64,000 nucleotides of DNA from Lama guanicoe (Eukaryota), in contig MU054323.1 of NCBI GenBank assembly GCA_013239625.1, positions 2,046,001-2,110,000 of the forward strand, given 5' to 3'. Numbering within the stretch: position 1 is the first letter of the stretch; each line of letters opens with the position of its first letter. The notes below the pieces were generated by a model, which was not told the origin of the DNA, made no database searches, and saw only the letters and a program-made list of their open reading frames with translations. This document shows, in pieces, positions 1 to 14,400 of the stretch. Position numbers and translations under genes: made by a program.

Positions 1-459
1 AAATTACGAGGCTGCTTGATGTGCAGGCTGGGGCAGCACCCTCCTGCTTGGGTCCAAGAGTGGTGTTGACACTGATGGAGTAAGTCGAGTTTCGACTCTC
101 AAGGAGGTCTCCCTTTGTGTGCAATGTTCTTCTAACTCTAAGTGTCATGTAATAAAATAAGTGGACTCAAGTGTTATGGATGCCATGATTATAGCACATG
201 TATGGTGCAGTGGAAAGTCAAAAGAAAAACTGGTTACAATTTGATCAATCTAAAGAGAACTAAGTAGAAATATATTTATGAGATTATAGAGTTGGGCATT
301 TATGCTCCCGGGATGCCACTGAAAGATGATTGGGAAAATTATTTTGTTTGATTTGTCATGCTTTTTGGGAGTCTACAGAAACTTCACCATTCAGAACTGA
401 CAATCTAAAATGAATCACACTGGTAATAAGATATTTGGATGCAGAGAAAATTGCACATT

Positions 460-620
460 TGTGTTCCGCTTATGTCCACTACTTGCTAGCTATATGATGC
501 TGGTGGAATTAACTCCTCTCAGCCTCTTCATCTATAAAATGGGAGTCGCAATATTTATTTCACTTATTATTATTTTGAGGCTTAAATTACAGATTTATCT
601 GTAAAATCATGTTCATGGTA
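460..620 (+). mobile_element. MIR SINE fragment
   Basis: Core-like 'ccactacttgctagctatatgatg...ctcagcctcttcatctataaaatggg...ttgaggcttaaat'; boundaries approximate. Confidence 0.7.
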
Positions 621-891
621 TATATAAAAGTTCTTTTTTTTTTTGAAGCAAGAGCAATTATAGAAAATATATGGAAAGTATATTTTAAAAGAGAACGATC
701 ATCTCAGTCTAAAATAGCAGCCTTTCCTATGAGCTTATGACTTCTAGGTACAGCCCCCAAAATGTTCATTTCTAGATCCTGCAGTAAATTTCGGGCTATA
801 CCAGGATGGGTGGGTTTCCAGGCTGAGATGTACATTCCCTAAAGTTACGTTGGAATATAAATGTCTATCCTGAGCATCCAGACTTCCTCAG

Positions 892-1366
892 TGTCTTGGT
901 TCAGACTGTGTTAAAGACTAAGTATTTGCTTCCTACTCCCAAAATTTATATATGAAAATCCTAGCCCCCAGTGTGATGGCATTAGGAGGTGGAGCCTTCA
1001 GGAGGTAATTGGGTTGTGAGGATGGCACCCTCATGAATGCATTAGTGCCCTTATACAAATTACTTGCTCTTTCTCTTTGCTCTCCACCATGTGAGAATAC
1101 AGTGAAAGATGGACATCTACATACCAGCACGTTGGTTCTCTCCAGACACCAAATGTGTTGGTACCCTGACCTTGAACTTCCCAGCCTCCAGAAATGTGAG
1201 AAATTAGTGTTCGTTATTTAAGCCACCCAGCCTGTGGTCATTTGTTATAGCAATCTGAACTAAGATCTCACAATCTCATCTAAACCTAACTAGTTCTCAG
1301 ATACTCCACCTTGTAATACCATTCAACATATGGATTTGGGGGAAGAGAAACATTCAGTCTACAGCA
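892..1366. mobile_element. Composite MLT1A-type (ERVL-MaLR) LTR: plus-strand near-complete LTR (~909-1266) between the two ends of a minus-strand LTR (892-908 and 1267-1366)
   Basis: 'cccaaaatttatatatgaaaatcctagcccccagtgtgatggcattaggaggtggagcc...cccagcctccagaaatgtgagaaatt...tttgttatagcaatctgaactaaga' matches MLT1A; 1267-1366 is the reverse complement of an MLT1A 5' end; 5-bp flanks ctcag/ttcag. Confidence 0.8.
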
Positions 1367-4300
1367 TTCAGTTTCTAAATGTAGACTCAGACCCCCAGGA
1401 ATGAAGGCTGCTGGGAAGCAGAGGTGTGGAAGGAAGGCTGGGCCCATTACATTTTTTCAGTATCTGCAAAGCTTCCTCAGCGCCTGCGTCTGCCCGTGGA
1501 AAAGGCTCTGCTTCCCCATTCAAAGCCTCAGTCCATCCGGACCAGCCTAATCACCTAACCTGCTGCCATCCCCTAGTCTTGGAGCACAGCACAGCCTATG
1601 CCTGACGATAGGTGTGGGTGAGACTGGGGGCTGCAGATGTTAAAGCTGGGAATCAGGGCTCTGGGTGGAAGTTGAAGTTGGGGGCAGGAGCAGAGGGGAT
1701 AGACGAAGACCATTAAGATGGGAAAAGAGACCATTTGGGGAACAGGGAAGATATTGATCTGGCTCAAACAAAGGGTGTGATCAGGGAGGGTCGAGGGGCT
1801 GCTGTGGGACTTGGGAGATAACATCCCCACCCTAGACCTTGCCTCAAGGCCCTGCCCTCCCCAGAGGCTGCCTCACAGCAGAGAAGTCGGGAAGGCGCCA
1901 TCTTTTTAGCACCTCTGGATTTTACGCTTGGAAGCCTGGGAGCAAAGCACGAGGAAATTAAGAGAAATGTTTTGTGCACTTCCATAGAAGGGGCCACTGT
2001 TTTGGAATCGACACATCCCCTTATAATAAGCCTGCACGGAGAAACAGATGGAAGGAGATAAGTATCAGACTCCTGCCTCCAACTCTGTCAGCCAAAAGAG
2101 AAGGAAATTTGAGCTGTTCGCTATGGGGGCTTCCTCCAGCCCAGGCTGGCACCAAGATTTTGTGGTTGAGTTACTTCCCTTTTTATCAGAGTCCTTCCAT
2201 TTCCTAAGATGCCGATATTCTGGAAGAGAAAGCCCCTTTAAAGGAAAAGAAGGAAAACTCTCTCTTTTATTGACAGGTTCTGCCAGACTTATTTGCATTT
2301 AATGTTCATAAAAAGCTTGAGGCAGGGATTGTTACCATCTCTGTTTCTTACAAGAAGCAGGCTCAAGACTGAAGGGGTTTGTATCGTACAACTTTCTAAG
2401 GGCCTGGCTCAGTGTCGCTGAATGCCCGGATTCGCGTTCCGCACTTGTACAATATAACCTATCAGGCTGGAGGCTCACTCTCTCCAAGTAGAAAGATGCA
2501 GTAGCAAGAAATGGAGAAAGGACATAAATCCATAGGTAAGGCCTCAAGTTGGATCAGATCATCAAAGCCCGGGACCATTATCAAGTCTGGTATCAAATCA
2601 TTAGAGGTGGAAGAGCCAGGGTCCAGGTAGGGGTTCTGGGGCTCTACCCGCCACTCAGTCTCCTTGGCAGTAACTTAATGTCCTAGTAGACAACTCTATG
2701 GGAAAGCTGACTCTTCAGCAAACTAAAAACTCCAAGGAAAGGCTGGCCTCAGAACCCTTTATGGTGTCCCTTAGCATCACGTCTCTGTGGTCTCCATGTA
2801 TAATTCAACACGTGTCTGTGTGCATTGAGAGGTGGTAGAGAGAAGGGTCCAAATACAGTGAAATTTGTTTTATATCATGATGATGGACAACAAGGGTTGA
2901 TGGGTCCAACTACATTCTCCAGCTCAATGCAAAGCTCCACATTCAGAACACACAGAACAGGACACTGAAGGGACACTGCATTTGGGAGAATGAATGAATG
3001 AATGATGAAAGCATGAAAGAAAACACCTAAGAATTCCTAGGACGATCGAGTAGGATGAGTCCCCCTGAGTTGGTTGCTTCTGCTGACATTGTATCATGAA
3101 GAGGTGACGACTGGAACTCAATTAGCCATCTTGGGTTGTGAGGATAAAGACCACACCTGTGTACTTCAGAGTGATCTTTGGGATGAAGTCTGGTTCCTAC
3201 AGGATCGTGGTTCTATCAGGCCAGCGTTGGGCTGCCATGGACTCTCCTCCCACCCACCACCCACCACCCACCCTCCAACTAGATTCAGTGCTGTCCCATC
3301 CAGTGCTTGCCTCCTATCTTACCTAGCACACTAAATCGAAATTGTTCCCTGACTTGCCTTGTTAACCCACCAGGCTGTGCTCTTCCAGAAGGCCAGGACC
3401 TTCATGGCTACGCCTCTCACATCTAGCAAGGTACCTGCTACCCCATACCATCTGCTAAACAAGTGAGTAAGTGAGTAAGTAACTCATGGAGTTGATGAAA
3501 GGTTTTCATGAGAACAGTAGGGGTGCAAGAGCATGAGGGGTGTTCCAGCTATTAGGATCCTGTGGATGCAGACAGCTGCAAAGGACAGAATATTTTGAGT
3601 GCATCTTGGGCCAAATGCATGTGTGAAGGGGCCTTCTGTGTTCCAGACAGACCCCCCCCGCCAGCCCTGTGACTACACAGCAGAGATCGATGATGACACT
3701 GACTCACTTGGAATGTGAGGCGTAGGGGGGCCCGTCAGGGGCTGAGGGCTAGCGACTGATAAGGAGACACCTGCCCCAGCTGCTATTCGTTCCCTCTGCT
3801 CGCCACCACTTCTGCCCAGGGCTGGTCCATCCCAACCTGCCTCTTGCCCTCTCTGGCCAAGACTGATGGTCCACTAGGCACCGCCCTTCCTTCTCACATC
3901 TGCAAGGCCTGGGTGAGAATCAGTTTGTGCCTCCTTTCCATGCAGCCAAGTCCCCGGGGCCTTAGTCAGCCTGCGTGGGTGTTGTTTATCCTCTCATCCA
4001 TCTCCTAATTCAGGACATAGTGTGTTAAGTAAAACACGATGGTGTAGAGGCTGCCGCAGCCGACGGCGTGTTTTCTTTCCTTCACACCTCTTTCCCCTTA
4101 ACCTCTGGTCTCTTTGGCCTTTTCCTCCAAATTTCTTGCCATAGACCTCTCACTGCGTGTCTTTCCTTCCCTGGCCACTCCCTGAGCTGTGAATACATCT
4201 CTGGAGGAATGACCGTGTCTCCCTTCCTTTTGTTATGACAACTGAGGTGCAAGACCCTTCTTCCTCCCTCTGAGCTATGTGACTCCAGGGACCCCTAAAC

Positions 4301-4944
4301 ATTTCTGAGCCTCAATGTACTAATTTATAAAATGGGATGGCAAAGGCTGCCTTTAGAGCAAGCTGACTGTGAGCGATGTAGTACGGAGAAAGTGGCTGAA
4401 ACGTCTTGGTGACTACATCAGGATAAGAAGGCAATGAAGGTATTTTTATATTTGCAGGTACAGGAGCGAAGGGGCAGAGAGGACCAAGGCACATAGAAGT
4501 CTGATCTCTGCCACTCACCACTGTAGAGTCTTTCCCTCTTTCCTCCACCCTTTCCCTTTCCTGTTTGTCTGTTTCTTTCCGTCTCCAGCCATCCTCCAGC
4601 TGTTTGAGGTTGACCACCACATCATCTGCACTCTCCTCCTTTCTTCCCCAAGCTGGGCTGCCTGCAGTGACAGGTGAGATCCAGAGACGAGGGGCAGCTG
4701 CCACCCCCACCCCGCTCCCACACACACCGCGATGACCCTGAGGACTAACATCCCTCCATGAGTGGAAGTCAATCAGAGGCAATGGGATGAACTGCTGACC
4801 TCACAATTCTTCCAGCTGCAATGATTTTTTTAGGTCTATGTTTTTTCCTGAACAATTCTCCAATCCTCATTTTTCTCCCTTCCTTAGATGGTTCACAGAA
4901 GAGTCTCCTGACCTGCACCCAGCAGGGACTGAGGAATCGACCAT

Positions 4945-4963
4945 ATGTTCCACCTAGTGGTGC
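4945..4963 (-). promoter_or_regulatory. Possible CTCF motif
   Basis: Minus strand reads CACCACTAGGTGGAAC versus the core CCACTAGRKGGCAG; the 3' positions deviate. Confidence 0.3.
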
Positions 4964-7298
4964 CCCTGGGCCCCTCTTTTGTCCAGTCACAGTTCTCAGA
5001 CAGAGTGAACTTGGAAAACTTCTCTGAATGATAGGCTCTGTGACCCATGGACCATCAGGGGGAACTGATATCAACAGATGACTGAGTTGGGAAGAGGTAC
5101 GAGGGGGACAAATCTCTACTATGAGCCAAGTTTGTGCTCAATCACACTATTTCTCTTTCCTAGTCTGGATCTAGCTTTCCAGAATACCCAAGTGCTCCCA
5201 GTTACCCAGATAGGGCACCCACTTGGGAACATCATCAAGCATTGCACTTCAAGGACACTCAAATTAGGACAAAACTTTGTCTATAGTATCCCGGTCCTCA
5301 CTTTTTCACTGATAAAATGGTAACCTATGATTGAAAATACATCCCAGATTTTCTGAAGTCAAGCATCAGGGCATCTGTCTTCTGAGGTCCCTGGAATCTA
5401 AGTCCCCTGCCATCCATCTCAGGCTGAAGAGGGTGGAGGTGGGGAAGATGAACTCTTGGGTAGGGAAGTCCCTGCTTCCAGCCCCCAAAATACCAACAGT
5501 ATGCCTTTTATGCTGAACATCTTTTTTTTCCTGTTTGGCTTGTTTCCAATTCCTCAAGGTATTTTCTTTAAACAAATTATGAAAAAAAATCACTTTTCAA
5601 ATTTTACCAACAAGATAGTGAATCCTCAGTGTGTCTGAAAGCAAATGTTTTAAATCAAGGCTTTGAGTGGATAATGGTTTATAGACTCACCTTTTCCCCA
5701 CTTGCCTTTCACAAAACCATCTTCAATTTCCTATGAAAACCTGGGAAAGTAAACATCAGCATATTCATTCAATTTCCCTTTGGCTCACCAGGACTTGTTT
5801 CTAGAAATATCTTTGATTTCCTCTGACAACTCTACTATCTTTCTATTTCCCTAATCTGACATCATCCCTGAGTGTTCCCCCTTAGCCATCTCAGTTTACA
5901 TAATTACATTTTCAATTTGTCTCCTCCAGTATCTCAACTCCCCTTCTTATACTTTTTCTGATAGTTTGTCTAAAATGATAATGGTGGTGGGGGTGTGGGA
6001 GGGTAGAGGAGACACAGAGGGGTGGGTAGAGGAGAAATTTTGAATTTTGTCCTTGTTCAACTCTGCGTTCACCCTAAGAGTACATGTGGACCTGTTCATT
6101 CATTTGGCATACTCACTCACATGAATTTACTTGACTTGTAAGTCAATCTATGAGTTGCTATATGTTGGCCATGTATGCAGCCTCCAGATTCTTCCTCAAG
6201 ATCCTCCTTCTCCTCCTCCATTTATCTTTTCAGGAAGTAGAGGCTTCTCCCACTGCTGGTAGGAGCAAATTTGTCTTCTAGAAGACTATGCCACTTCTGG
6301 GAGCCAACTCTTGTCTAAGATCCTCATCTGTAAGTTGAAGTGTTGGATATGATGATTTCTGAGGTGCCTCGTATAAACCGGTGAAAGTTTAATTGAGATT
6401 GTAACATGTTAACTGAGCTGATGCCAGGGAGGACCAAGGAGGAACCAAGATCTAGCAGATACGCCCTTTAGAGTCATAGATGGTTTGGGAGAAGAAACAT
6501 TAGAGAACAGAGAAAGAGGGTTAGAAGTTTAAGCAAAGCATTAAAATGCTTTTGAAGACATTGTTGTCCCCCCACTTCTCAATGCTCCTGAATGTGTCCT
6601 TAGAATCTAAGGTGGTGTGGCCTGTGTTCTTTGATGTAAACTGTACACTGTGAGCAACTACAGCACTACTACTGGTGGTTATCACTTATCTCGACAGTAG
6701 CCCTTGTTGCTGGTCACAGTGATAATTCGATTGGAATTTAGCATCCACGGCCTTTGAGGATCTGGCCTCTCTGAGGAGGATAAAGAATTAATCTATAAAT
6801 AGCAGGGCACCAGTTTTGCGGAGCGGGCGAATGTCCACCTGGATGTAAGGAAAATTACAGTGCCCTCTGCTAATAACAGTCTGCCCTCCTTAAAGCAAGG
6901 TTTCTATTAAAGAACTCTAGGTGCCCTTCGTCTTCCTTCTGCCCTACCCATTGGCATGGAATCCTCCCATGTTCCTGTTGGATCTGCTATAGACTTGTGA
7001 TGAGAGGTAAACATTGACCTTCCTATACTAGGTCGTTAGCTAAGGGTGGCCTGTGGACAGAACAGGTTCTGCCACCTGTGTTATCTGGCACATTTAGATC
7101 GAGCCAACATCTCCACACTATCCTGTGGCTTTCAGGTGGCACAGAGTTACACATTTACCATCTTTCTGAAAATTGAGAATATTTACATGTAGAGTATGGT
7201 AAATATAGGACCATATTTTAGTCACTTCTGTACCCTCACAGTGATCAGCACAGAACTTTGCAAAAGTAGGAGTTAGCAGGAAATCATGTGTTCGTTTT

Positions 7299-7685
7299 TT
7301 GTTTTATTTTGTTTTGCTTTTTTAAATTGACGTATAGTTGATTTACAATGTCATGTTAGTTTCTGGTGTACATCATAGTGATTCAGATATATATATATAT
7401 ATATATATATATATTTCTTTTCATGTTCTTTTTCATTATGGGTTATTACAAGCTATTGAATACAGTTCCCTGTGCTACTCAGTAGGACCTTGTTGTTTAT
7501 CTATTCTGTATATAACAATTAGTATCTGCCGGTTCAAAACTCCCAATTTATCCCTCCCCCCCTCTTTTCCCCTTTGGTAATCATGAGTTTGTTTTCCATG
7601 TCTGTGAGTCTGTTTCTGTTTTGTAGAGAAGTTTATTTGTGCCCGTTCTTCAGATTCCACATATAAGTGATATCATGCGATATTT
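7299..7685 (-). mobile_element. 5'-truncated L1 3' end (cetartiodactyl-type 3'UTR) with internal (AT)n
   Basis: T-rich tail, then 'aattgacgtatagttgatttacaatg...cagattccacatataagtgatatc'; 13-bp TSD atgtgtt(c/a)gtttt at 7286-7298 and 7686-7698; (AT)n at 7387-7414. Confidence 0.9.
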
Positions 7686-7969
7686 ATGTGTTAGTTTTGA
7701 TGATCATGATCATGATGAAGAGAAATGATAAAAAAACAGTCAAATATTTTTCAAATGGATTTTATGGATAGAAAGTTATATGACACTATCTTGCTGTATT
7801 TGAATCTTAGAACCAGGGTAGAACAATAAACCATTTCAGTGACAGAATATGAGCCTGTGGGGAGTGGAGACTGCCTTTTAGGCATCTCTGCATTTCTAGG
7901 CCTTATCATAAGCCCCAGCAAAAAAATCTATGCCTAATCTTATTGGTATATACTTACTTTGTGCATAAA

Positions 7970-8350
7970 AAGATTTATTAAGTGTTCACTGCAAAGCACT
8001 ATAACCAAAAAGATCATGCATTGCATAGGATAAGAGGGTGCTATTAACACATGAAACAATTCCAACAGTGTTCCCCAAATGAGTGTTTAATTATATCATG
8101 GTGTCCTTGAGAAGCAGTAGAGAGTCAAGTTTCTAATTTCTTGTCACCTGCAGCTTTAGAAAGAAAGACAAACTATAAACCCGTGATTAGATCAATAAAT
8201 TAGATAAATTCAGATAATGAAAAGTGCTCCAAGAAAAGAAGATAGGATGATGGCATTAGCAGCAATGGATGCTGAGGGAAGAGCTATTTAGCAACTGGAG
8301 TCTGGAAAGATCTCTCTTGAGGAGGGAAACTTAGAGTGGAGACCCAAATG
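7970..8350 (-). mobile_element. L2 LINE fragment
   Basis: Degenerate similarity to the reverse complement of the L2 3' region ('atttattaagtg...ggaaagatctctcttgaggaggg...gagacccaaatga'). Confidence 0.5.
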
Positions 8351-8369
8351 ATTAGACAGAGGCAAGCGT

Positions 8370-8530
8370 GCATTAGCTTGTTTCGTCCTTACAGCAACCT
8401 TATTTGGTAGCTATTAGCCCCATTTTGTATGGGAAGAAATCACGACCCAGAGAGAAGACTGTCTAAGGCCACACAGCTAGTAAGTGATCCAACAAGAATT
8501 TGTTCCAGATCTATTCAACCCCGAAATCTT
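8370..8530 (-). mobile_element. MIR SINE
   Basis: 'ccttacagcaacct...ccccattttgtatgggaagaaa...aaggccacacagctagtaagtg' is the reverse complement of the MIR core. Confidence 0.8.
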
Positions 8531-8799
8531 TGTGTGTTCGCATTTCTATTACCTTGTGTCTTGAGATAAGAAAGTGAATGGAGCAAGAATCTTATGCAAA
8601 CAGCCAGTTTTATAAACATATTTCTAGATGTAGGTACCGGTCTACATCCTGGGTACTTAGACACACTTTTGTGAGATATGTAGGGTGAAATTCTTAGCAG
8701 TCTTGATGCATGTCATGAAATTGTCTCAGCAATTTAATTTCCTTCTTTTTAAGTGCACGTAGGGTGACCATTTTAAACATAACGCACAGATATATTTGA

Positions 8800-8990
8800 G
8801 GAGGAGCCAGGAAAGCCAGGCCCAGTGTGGACTCTACCACCAAGTGTCTATAGGATCTCAGGCAAATCACTGTTCCTAGCTGAACTTCAGCTTCTGTATC
8901 TGAAGATAAATATGATAATTGTCCAGCTTATTTCTGGACAATCGTTAAGACTCTAAAGTGAGAAAACTGTGATAATGTTCTGAGAAATAG
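8800..8990 (+). mobile_element. MIR SINE
   Basis: 'ctcaggcaaatcact...ctgaacttcagcttctgtatctgaa'. Confidence 0.65.
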
Positions 8991-10979
8991 AAATATAAGT
9001 AATTTTGACTGTATTAATTATTTTGGCAATCATTAAGGAAATACAGAAAATCAGATTTCATGTTCCTTTTTCTTACCAAAGCCTAGACATTTATGGGTTA
9101 GAAGTTGAAGAACGTCAGAAACATATTAACATAGCTTCTACCTGCCAAAACTACGCAGTCATAGTAACTTTTCAATTTAATTATCATTCATGCCTAAGAA
9201 ACACTTGCCTTAATTATCTGAACTGTTGGTTGGATATAAGCAACCGAGTTCTTTCCATAAATTTCCCATTTATTGGCCTAGTATAGACTTGCCATGAGTC
9301 TCGACTTGGAGATAAGTATCTTATCCCATCAAGATATCTGTCCTAGAAGAGAGTTTTGTATTGGCTCTATTACTAAGACCTTGGCATTTCCTTTTCTCAT
9401 GCGCTTCTTCCAGAACCTCCTGCTGTAAGAGCCATTCCATTTTTTTTCCATGTTCCTTAGTAAATATTATTAATGGTCCAAATCACAATAATCCTATTTT
9501 TTCATGTTCATAGCGCTTTTGTAGCATAAGAACTGCCTTCACACATATTTTTTTCATTAATCTTTAATCACACACATTTTTTTCATTACTGAGAATCAGT
9601 GATGTTGGATTTAATCCTCATTTTAAAGATAGCAAAAAGCAGCTCAGAGAGGTTAAGATGTAGTTAAGGTGGAACAGCTAGGGTGGGTGGCGCGTGGCCT
9701 CAGACTGAAGGCTCTCCTGTTCTCTATTCCCTGCATCCCACCCCCGCACACAGTGATGTTGAAAGAGCTTGGTCCTCGCTGGATTTTAAACAGACATTAT
9801 TACATTAATATCTTTAAGTATCTTAATTAGGTCTTACAGGAAGGAAAAGAAGTATTTGGTCACCAAAACAGCCTGAGGATTCCAACTTGAAAGACTGAGT
9901 CTGTTTCAGATCACTAGATAGGGTGGTGGCTCCATTTGGCCAGGAAACTTCAACATAAACGATGAACCATGTGGAGTGGGGGATGCTTGCCTAAAGCCCC
10001 CGGCCCGTGAGGAAATGTGACTGTATGTGGTAAGTGCACCCAACACCTACAGCAAACACTCCCACGGCCACCAGTGTTGGATTCAATTAAACATTAAATT
10101 CATCATCTTTAGCAAGGAAAGAGAACAGCAAACAGTTGCTCTCTCATGGCTAAACACCCCTTGGATTTGCTGGCCTTTGATTTATTGGAAGAAACCTGCT
10201 GGGAAGAACATACTGTGTAGCTGATTAATGTCAGCTTCTGTCATCAGTTTCCACTTAGATTCTTGGCCAGCCCTGACATCTCCTCCCTTAAGGATCCAGA
10301 AGAATTTGAGGGCTGATCCAAGAGCTTTACTGGCATGGGATTTGCAGAATGTGGTGTTTGCAAAATAAGGAAGATGAATGGAAGTGGAATCCCATGTTCT
10401 CCACTGGACTTGTTTCTTTAATTCATTTCTCCAGAGGCCCCGCTCCATGCCAGGACCACACCAGCAAGGGGACTGGGGAAAGTGTGTTCCCAGGCTCCGG
10501 TACAGATGTCTTGCATTTCCTGTGCTGCTTTATGTGCTGCCTCCTCAGAGCTCGTCAAACTGGGAAGGGGTCCGAGGAGGAATGCGGTGCACACACACCA
10601 TCAGAACCTCGATGGGACCCTGGGACAAAGCCTGAGGAAGAGCCCCGCCCACTGCTCCCAGGTCAGGCACACGTGACTTCGGTTTCACAGGGTCCTGCAG
10701 CACTATGATAAACCATAATTCAGCGACATTATATTTAAAGTAAGCAGACTTTTCTGTATGTTTTTTTTATCTCTTGTTGGAGGAAAAGCCCACTATTTGA
10801 ATTCTTTTAAACAAGGCTACCTTACCCCTTCCCTTTAGTGGGCAAGGGATCTAGAAAGAGATGGAAATTTTAATAAGACCCTAAACCCCCTCCTTTCTGA
10901 ATTCATTCCTCTGGGCAGAGAGAAAAAAAAAAGAGAGAGAGAGAGAGAAAAGAAAGATATCGATTGAGAAGTAAAAATC

Positions 10980-11110
10980 TGTTCTGGTTATCTATTCGTG
11001 TTTAACAAATCATCACAAAACCTAGCAGCATGAAATAGCAACAATTATATCTCACAGTTTTCAAGGGTCAGGAATTTGGGGAGAGATGGGTTAGACGGTT
11101 TGGGGGAAGT
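10980..11110 (-). mobile_element. MLT1-type LTR 3' fragment
   Basis: 'ttatctatt...taacaaatcatcacaaaacctagcagc...tctcacagttttcaagggtcaggaatttggg' is typical of a reverse-complemented MLT1 3' end. Confidence 0.6.
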
Positions 11111-11299
11111 TGCAGGCAGAAGCTAGGAAAGCAGGGCCTCCACCACAGCCAGTGGGGTTTTGCTGGGGCTCCTCTCGGTCTCTCTTTGTTCCTCACTCCC
11201 TCCTTCTTCCCTGGAACAGAGAATAGGGATTTTAAAAATGGAGAGAGGATGCAAAAGGATCCCTATTGCCCTGAGATCCACAGTGTCATCCAGCTGCCA

Positions 11300-11440
11300 T
11301 TAGGTGCATCTTAAGTTGTTCGAAGGTGAGTTCCTTATTCACTAATGTGTCCCCAGCAAGTGACTTGTTATCCATGTCCAGTAAACATTTGTTAAATAAG
11401 CGAATGAGTGAATGAATTGATGAACAGATAAATAAATGAA
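11300..11440 (+). mobile_element. L2 3' end
   Basis: 'ttattcactaatgtgtccccagc...taaacatttgttaaataagcgaatgagtgaatgaa'. Confidence 0.65.
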
Positions 11441-14400
11441 TTTGCATTGGTGCTTTTGGAAACCAACAACAGGATTCCAGAGCCTTTAGAATGGAATGAG
11501 GTGGTCCTTCCCACCCACCTAAAAGGCAGCAAGCCTGAGGTGGGAAAGAGTCCTGTGTCCAGAGAGCTGGCTATTCTCTGGGTGGTAAAATCCACCCTTC
11601 CTTCTAGAGGCATTGAATAAATTGTTTTGGTACATTTAAAAGGCCAACCAATGTAAAATTTAATACATTTAAATCTTTTAAACTTTTTTTCCCCCCAGCT
11701 GCTCAGAACTCAGGTGCTGATCTCTTTTGTGGCAAACTGAACTCCAGAAGTACCACAAGCACATAGCTATAGATGCCAAGGTTTGAAGCATCCTTACATG
11801 TTACCAGGATCATTGTGATGCTATCTTGGCCAGTAGGTGGTTTAATCGGAATGACCCAATAAACAGATAGCTCATTTTCCTTATGATAAACTGCTTCCTT
11901 GTTGTATCAGTATTTACTGGGAAAAAGGATTTTCCCACAAGGAGATAAGCTGTGATCTCTTGTTGATTTTTTGCTGAGAAAGTTAAAGCAAGCGTTAGCC
12001 ACCTTGAAATAACTATCCAAAGTGCATTTAAGATCCTGGATAAGAAACTAGTTTGCCCCAGCCATCTTTAAATGACACATTTTGGAAAATTAGAAAATTT
12101 GAACATGGTCTGGATGTTACATTTACTGAAAGTTTATTGACCTGAAAAAAGGGAAATAATTACCAGGACGAACAAAACATTTCCAAAACAGAATATATAG
12201 TGTATATAGCAAGATCTTGTTTCTATAAATGTAATATTGTTACTATAATATTAAAAGTCATAATAATAAATAAATACACTTAATAAATATGCCATTTGTA
12301 TATAACATAAAAACATAAGGGTATTTCTGTATACAACTTATTATATATTATGTTACATACAAATTACAGATTTGTTATTGTTGACAGTAGAGATCTTTAG
12401 GATGATAGAAATATAATGATTCTGTTTGTTTATTTCACCTGCCTCCCTGACTGGGGAAGCCGCCCGCCTGTACAAACCCCATGATGCAGCTGTGTCTCCC
12501 TGTTCTTTTATTATCTCAGCAATAATATTATGCCAAGGTCCACACTATCCCCTCAGGCAGAAAACCCCTTCCTTGTCTTCTCTACCCCCCTATTCAAGGC
12601 CCATGAAGACTTCTTAGATCCTCCCTGTTAGCCAACCACATGGTTCCTGTGATTCTTTGTCAAGCTTCTTCCGCACACATTTCATTCTGCCCACCGGTAT
12701 CCTACATTACTTCCAGAACTGTGGTGCAGCCAGAGAAAGGGGTGTGACTCAGGATGGCCAGGTTGAAAGTGCAAACTGTGCTTCCACTTAACTGTTGGAT
12801 TTTAAGGAAGTTGTACCGTCTCTACCATCTCCACATATTCCAGATAATGATAATAATATCAATCTGACCCAATTTGTGAAGCTGTTGCAAGAAAATGGAT
12901 GCACAAAATGTTTTGACTTGGTAACTTGGCATGTGTGCCTGTGTAAGCGGTGATCACTGCAAAATGTTGAATGACAGCTGAAATTGTCTTCACAGGCTTA
13001 ACTGGGTGATCTTGAGAAGTCACCCTCTGTCTGCATCTCAATTTCTGACCTAGAACCCAGGTTCTAAGCCTAGAATCCTCAGAGGAGCTTCAGAAGACAT
13101 GGTATGTGGAATTGTGCCTGTTGGTACATTTTTCTGGGTTCAGCATCCAGTTTTCATCAGATCCTCAAACAAATCTGAGCCCCAGAGGACAGTCGAGAAA
13201 TCCAAGCCAAATGCTAATGAAGATTCTTTTTCTGGGCCTGACAGTTTGTGTCTCTAAGAACTTTAGACCAACATGTTCTTGTAAAAGGTACAGAAGTACA
13301 TTTTGTAAGACCAGAAAGGGATTATCGCAGATGAGGAAACTGCATCCTGGAAGGGTGAGGTCAGGTGCCAGATGTTAGCAGCTGGCAGATGACTGACACT
13401 GGAGTCCTACCAGGGACCCAATGAGATGGGTAATCACAGAGTCACAGATCATTTCCTCCTTAGGTTTTAAAATCAGGGTGGAGCGGCCAATAGCAAACCC
13501 TGAGAAACATCCCGCCTTTTAAAATACAAGGCATTTTGGTTAAAAAAAAAAAACCCTTGATTTGAATTGTAATTTTGTAATTTTCTGCCTACGTGTGCTG
13601 TGCTGGCAGCCAAGGACTAAGAGACACTAAGTCTTGGAATAGTCTCCCCACTAATAGAGAGACAACCTTGCTGTCAAATGACTACAAAGTCAGTGAGAAT
13701 TTAGAGGACCCGGAGTCAGATTTGGCTGGATATCCTATTTGGTTATTAAGTACTGAACTAAATGGGTTGAACGAAGGCCCACGATGCCTTTGGAATATCA
13801 TCACAGCACTTATTGTCCATGAGAGCAGGCTCCCTGCTGAGTATTTTGCATACACAATCTTATTTAATTCTTTCAACATTTTTGTTGGGCAACAGGCGGA
13901 AAGCTGGAGTGGACAAGAATGGAGGACACGGAGGCATCAGACCTCTGAGAAGTGAAGCCACTCAGAAGTATTTCTTGAAAACCAAAAGCAGGTTACTCAA
14001 CTTCTCTGAGCCACCAGTTCCTCAGCTTTAAGTAGGGGTTATAAACCTCCTTTGCAAGAACTGTTTCCCCGCGGCTTCACTTCTCACAGATCTGGTACCT
14101 CATATCCTCTCTTTTCTAGTTCATCCCAGTTCTCACCCTGTTACCCAACAAGACTGCACAGTCATTCTTTCTGGGGTGGTCAGTGCTTTCTACTATCCGA
14201 CTTTAAGCTCCATTTGCAGCCCCCTCACTGATCCCTCCCCACCGCATGCCGAGGGCTACACCTGCCTGAACCACTTGCATTTGCTCCTTCCAGTCCCTTC
14301 TCCCAGCACAGCTCCATCCCCACTGTCCACCACCTCTGATTCGTCAGGTGCTACTTATCCTCAGGACCAGCTGAAAGTATGCCTTTTACAAAGGGAGCCA

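Noticed and set aside
4312..4782. 156-aa minus-strand ORF
   Set aside because: Runs through low-complexity purine-rich sequence and a MIR-like end; no homology recognised.
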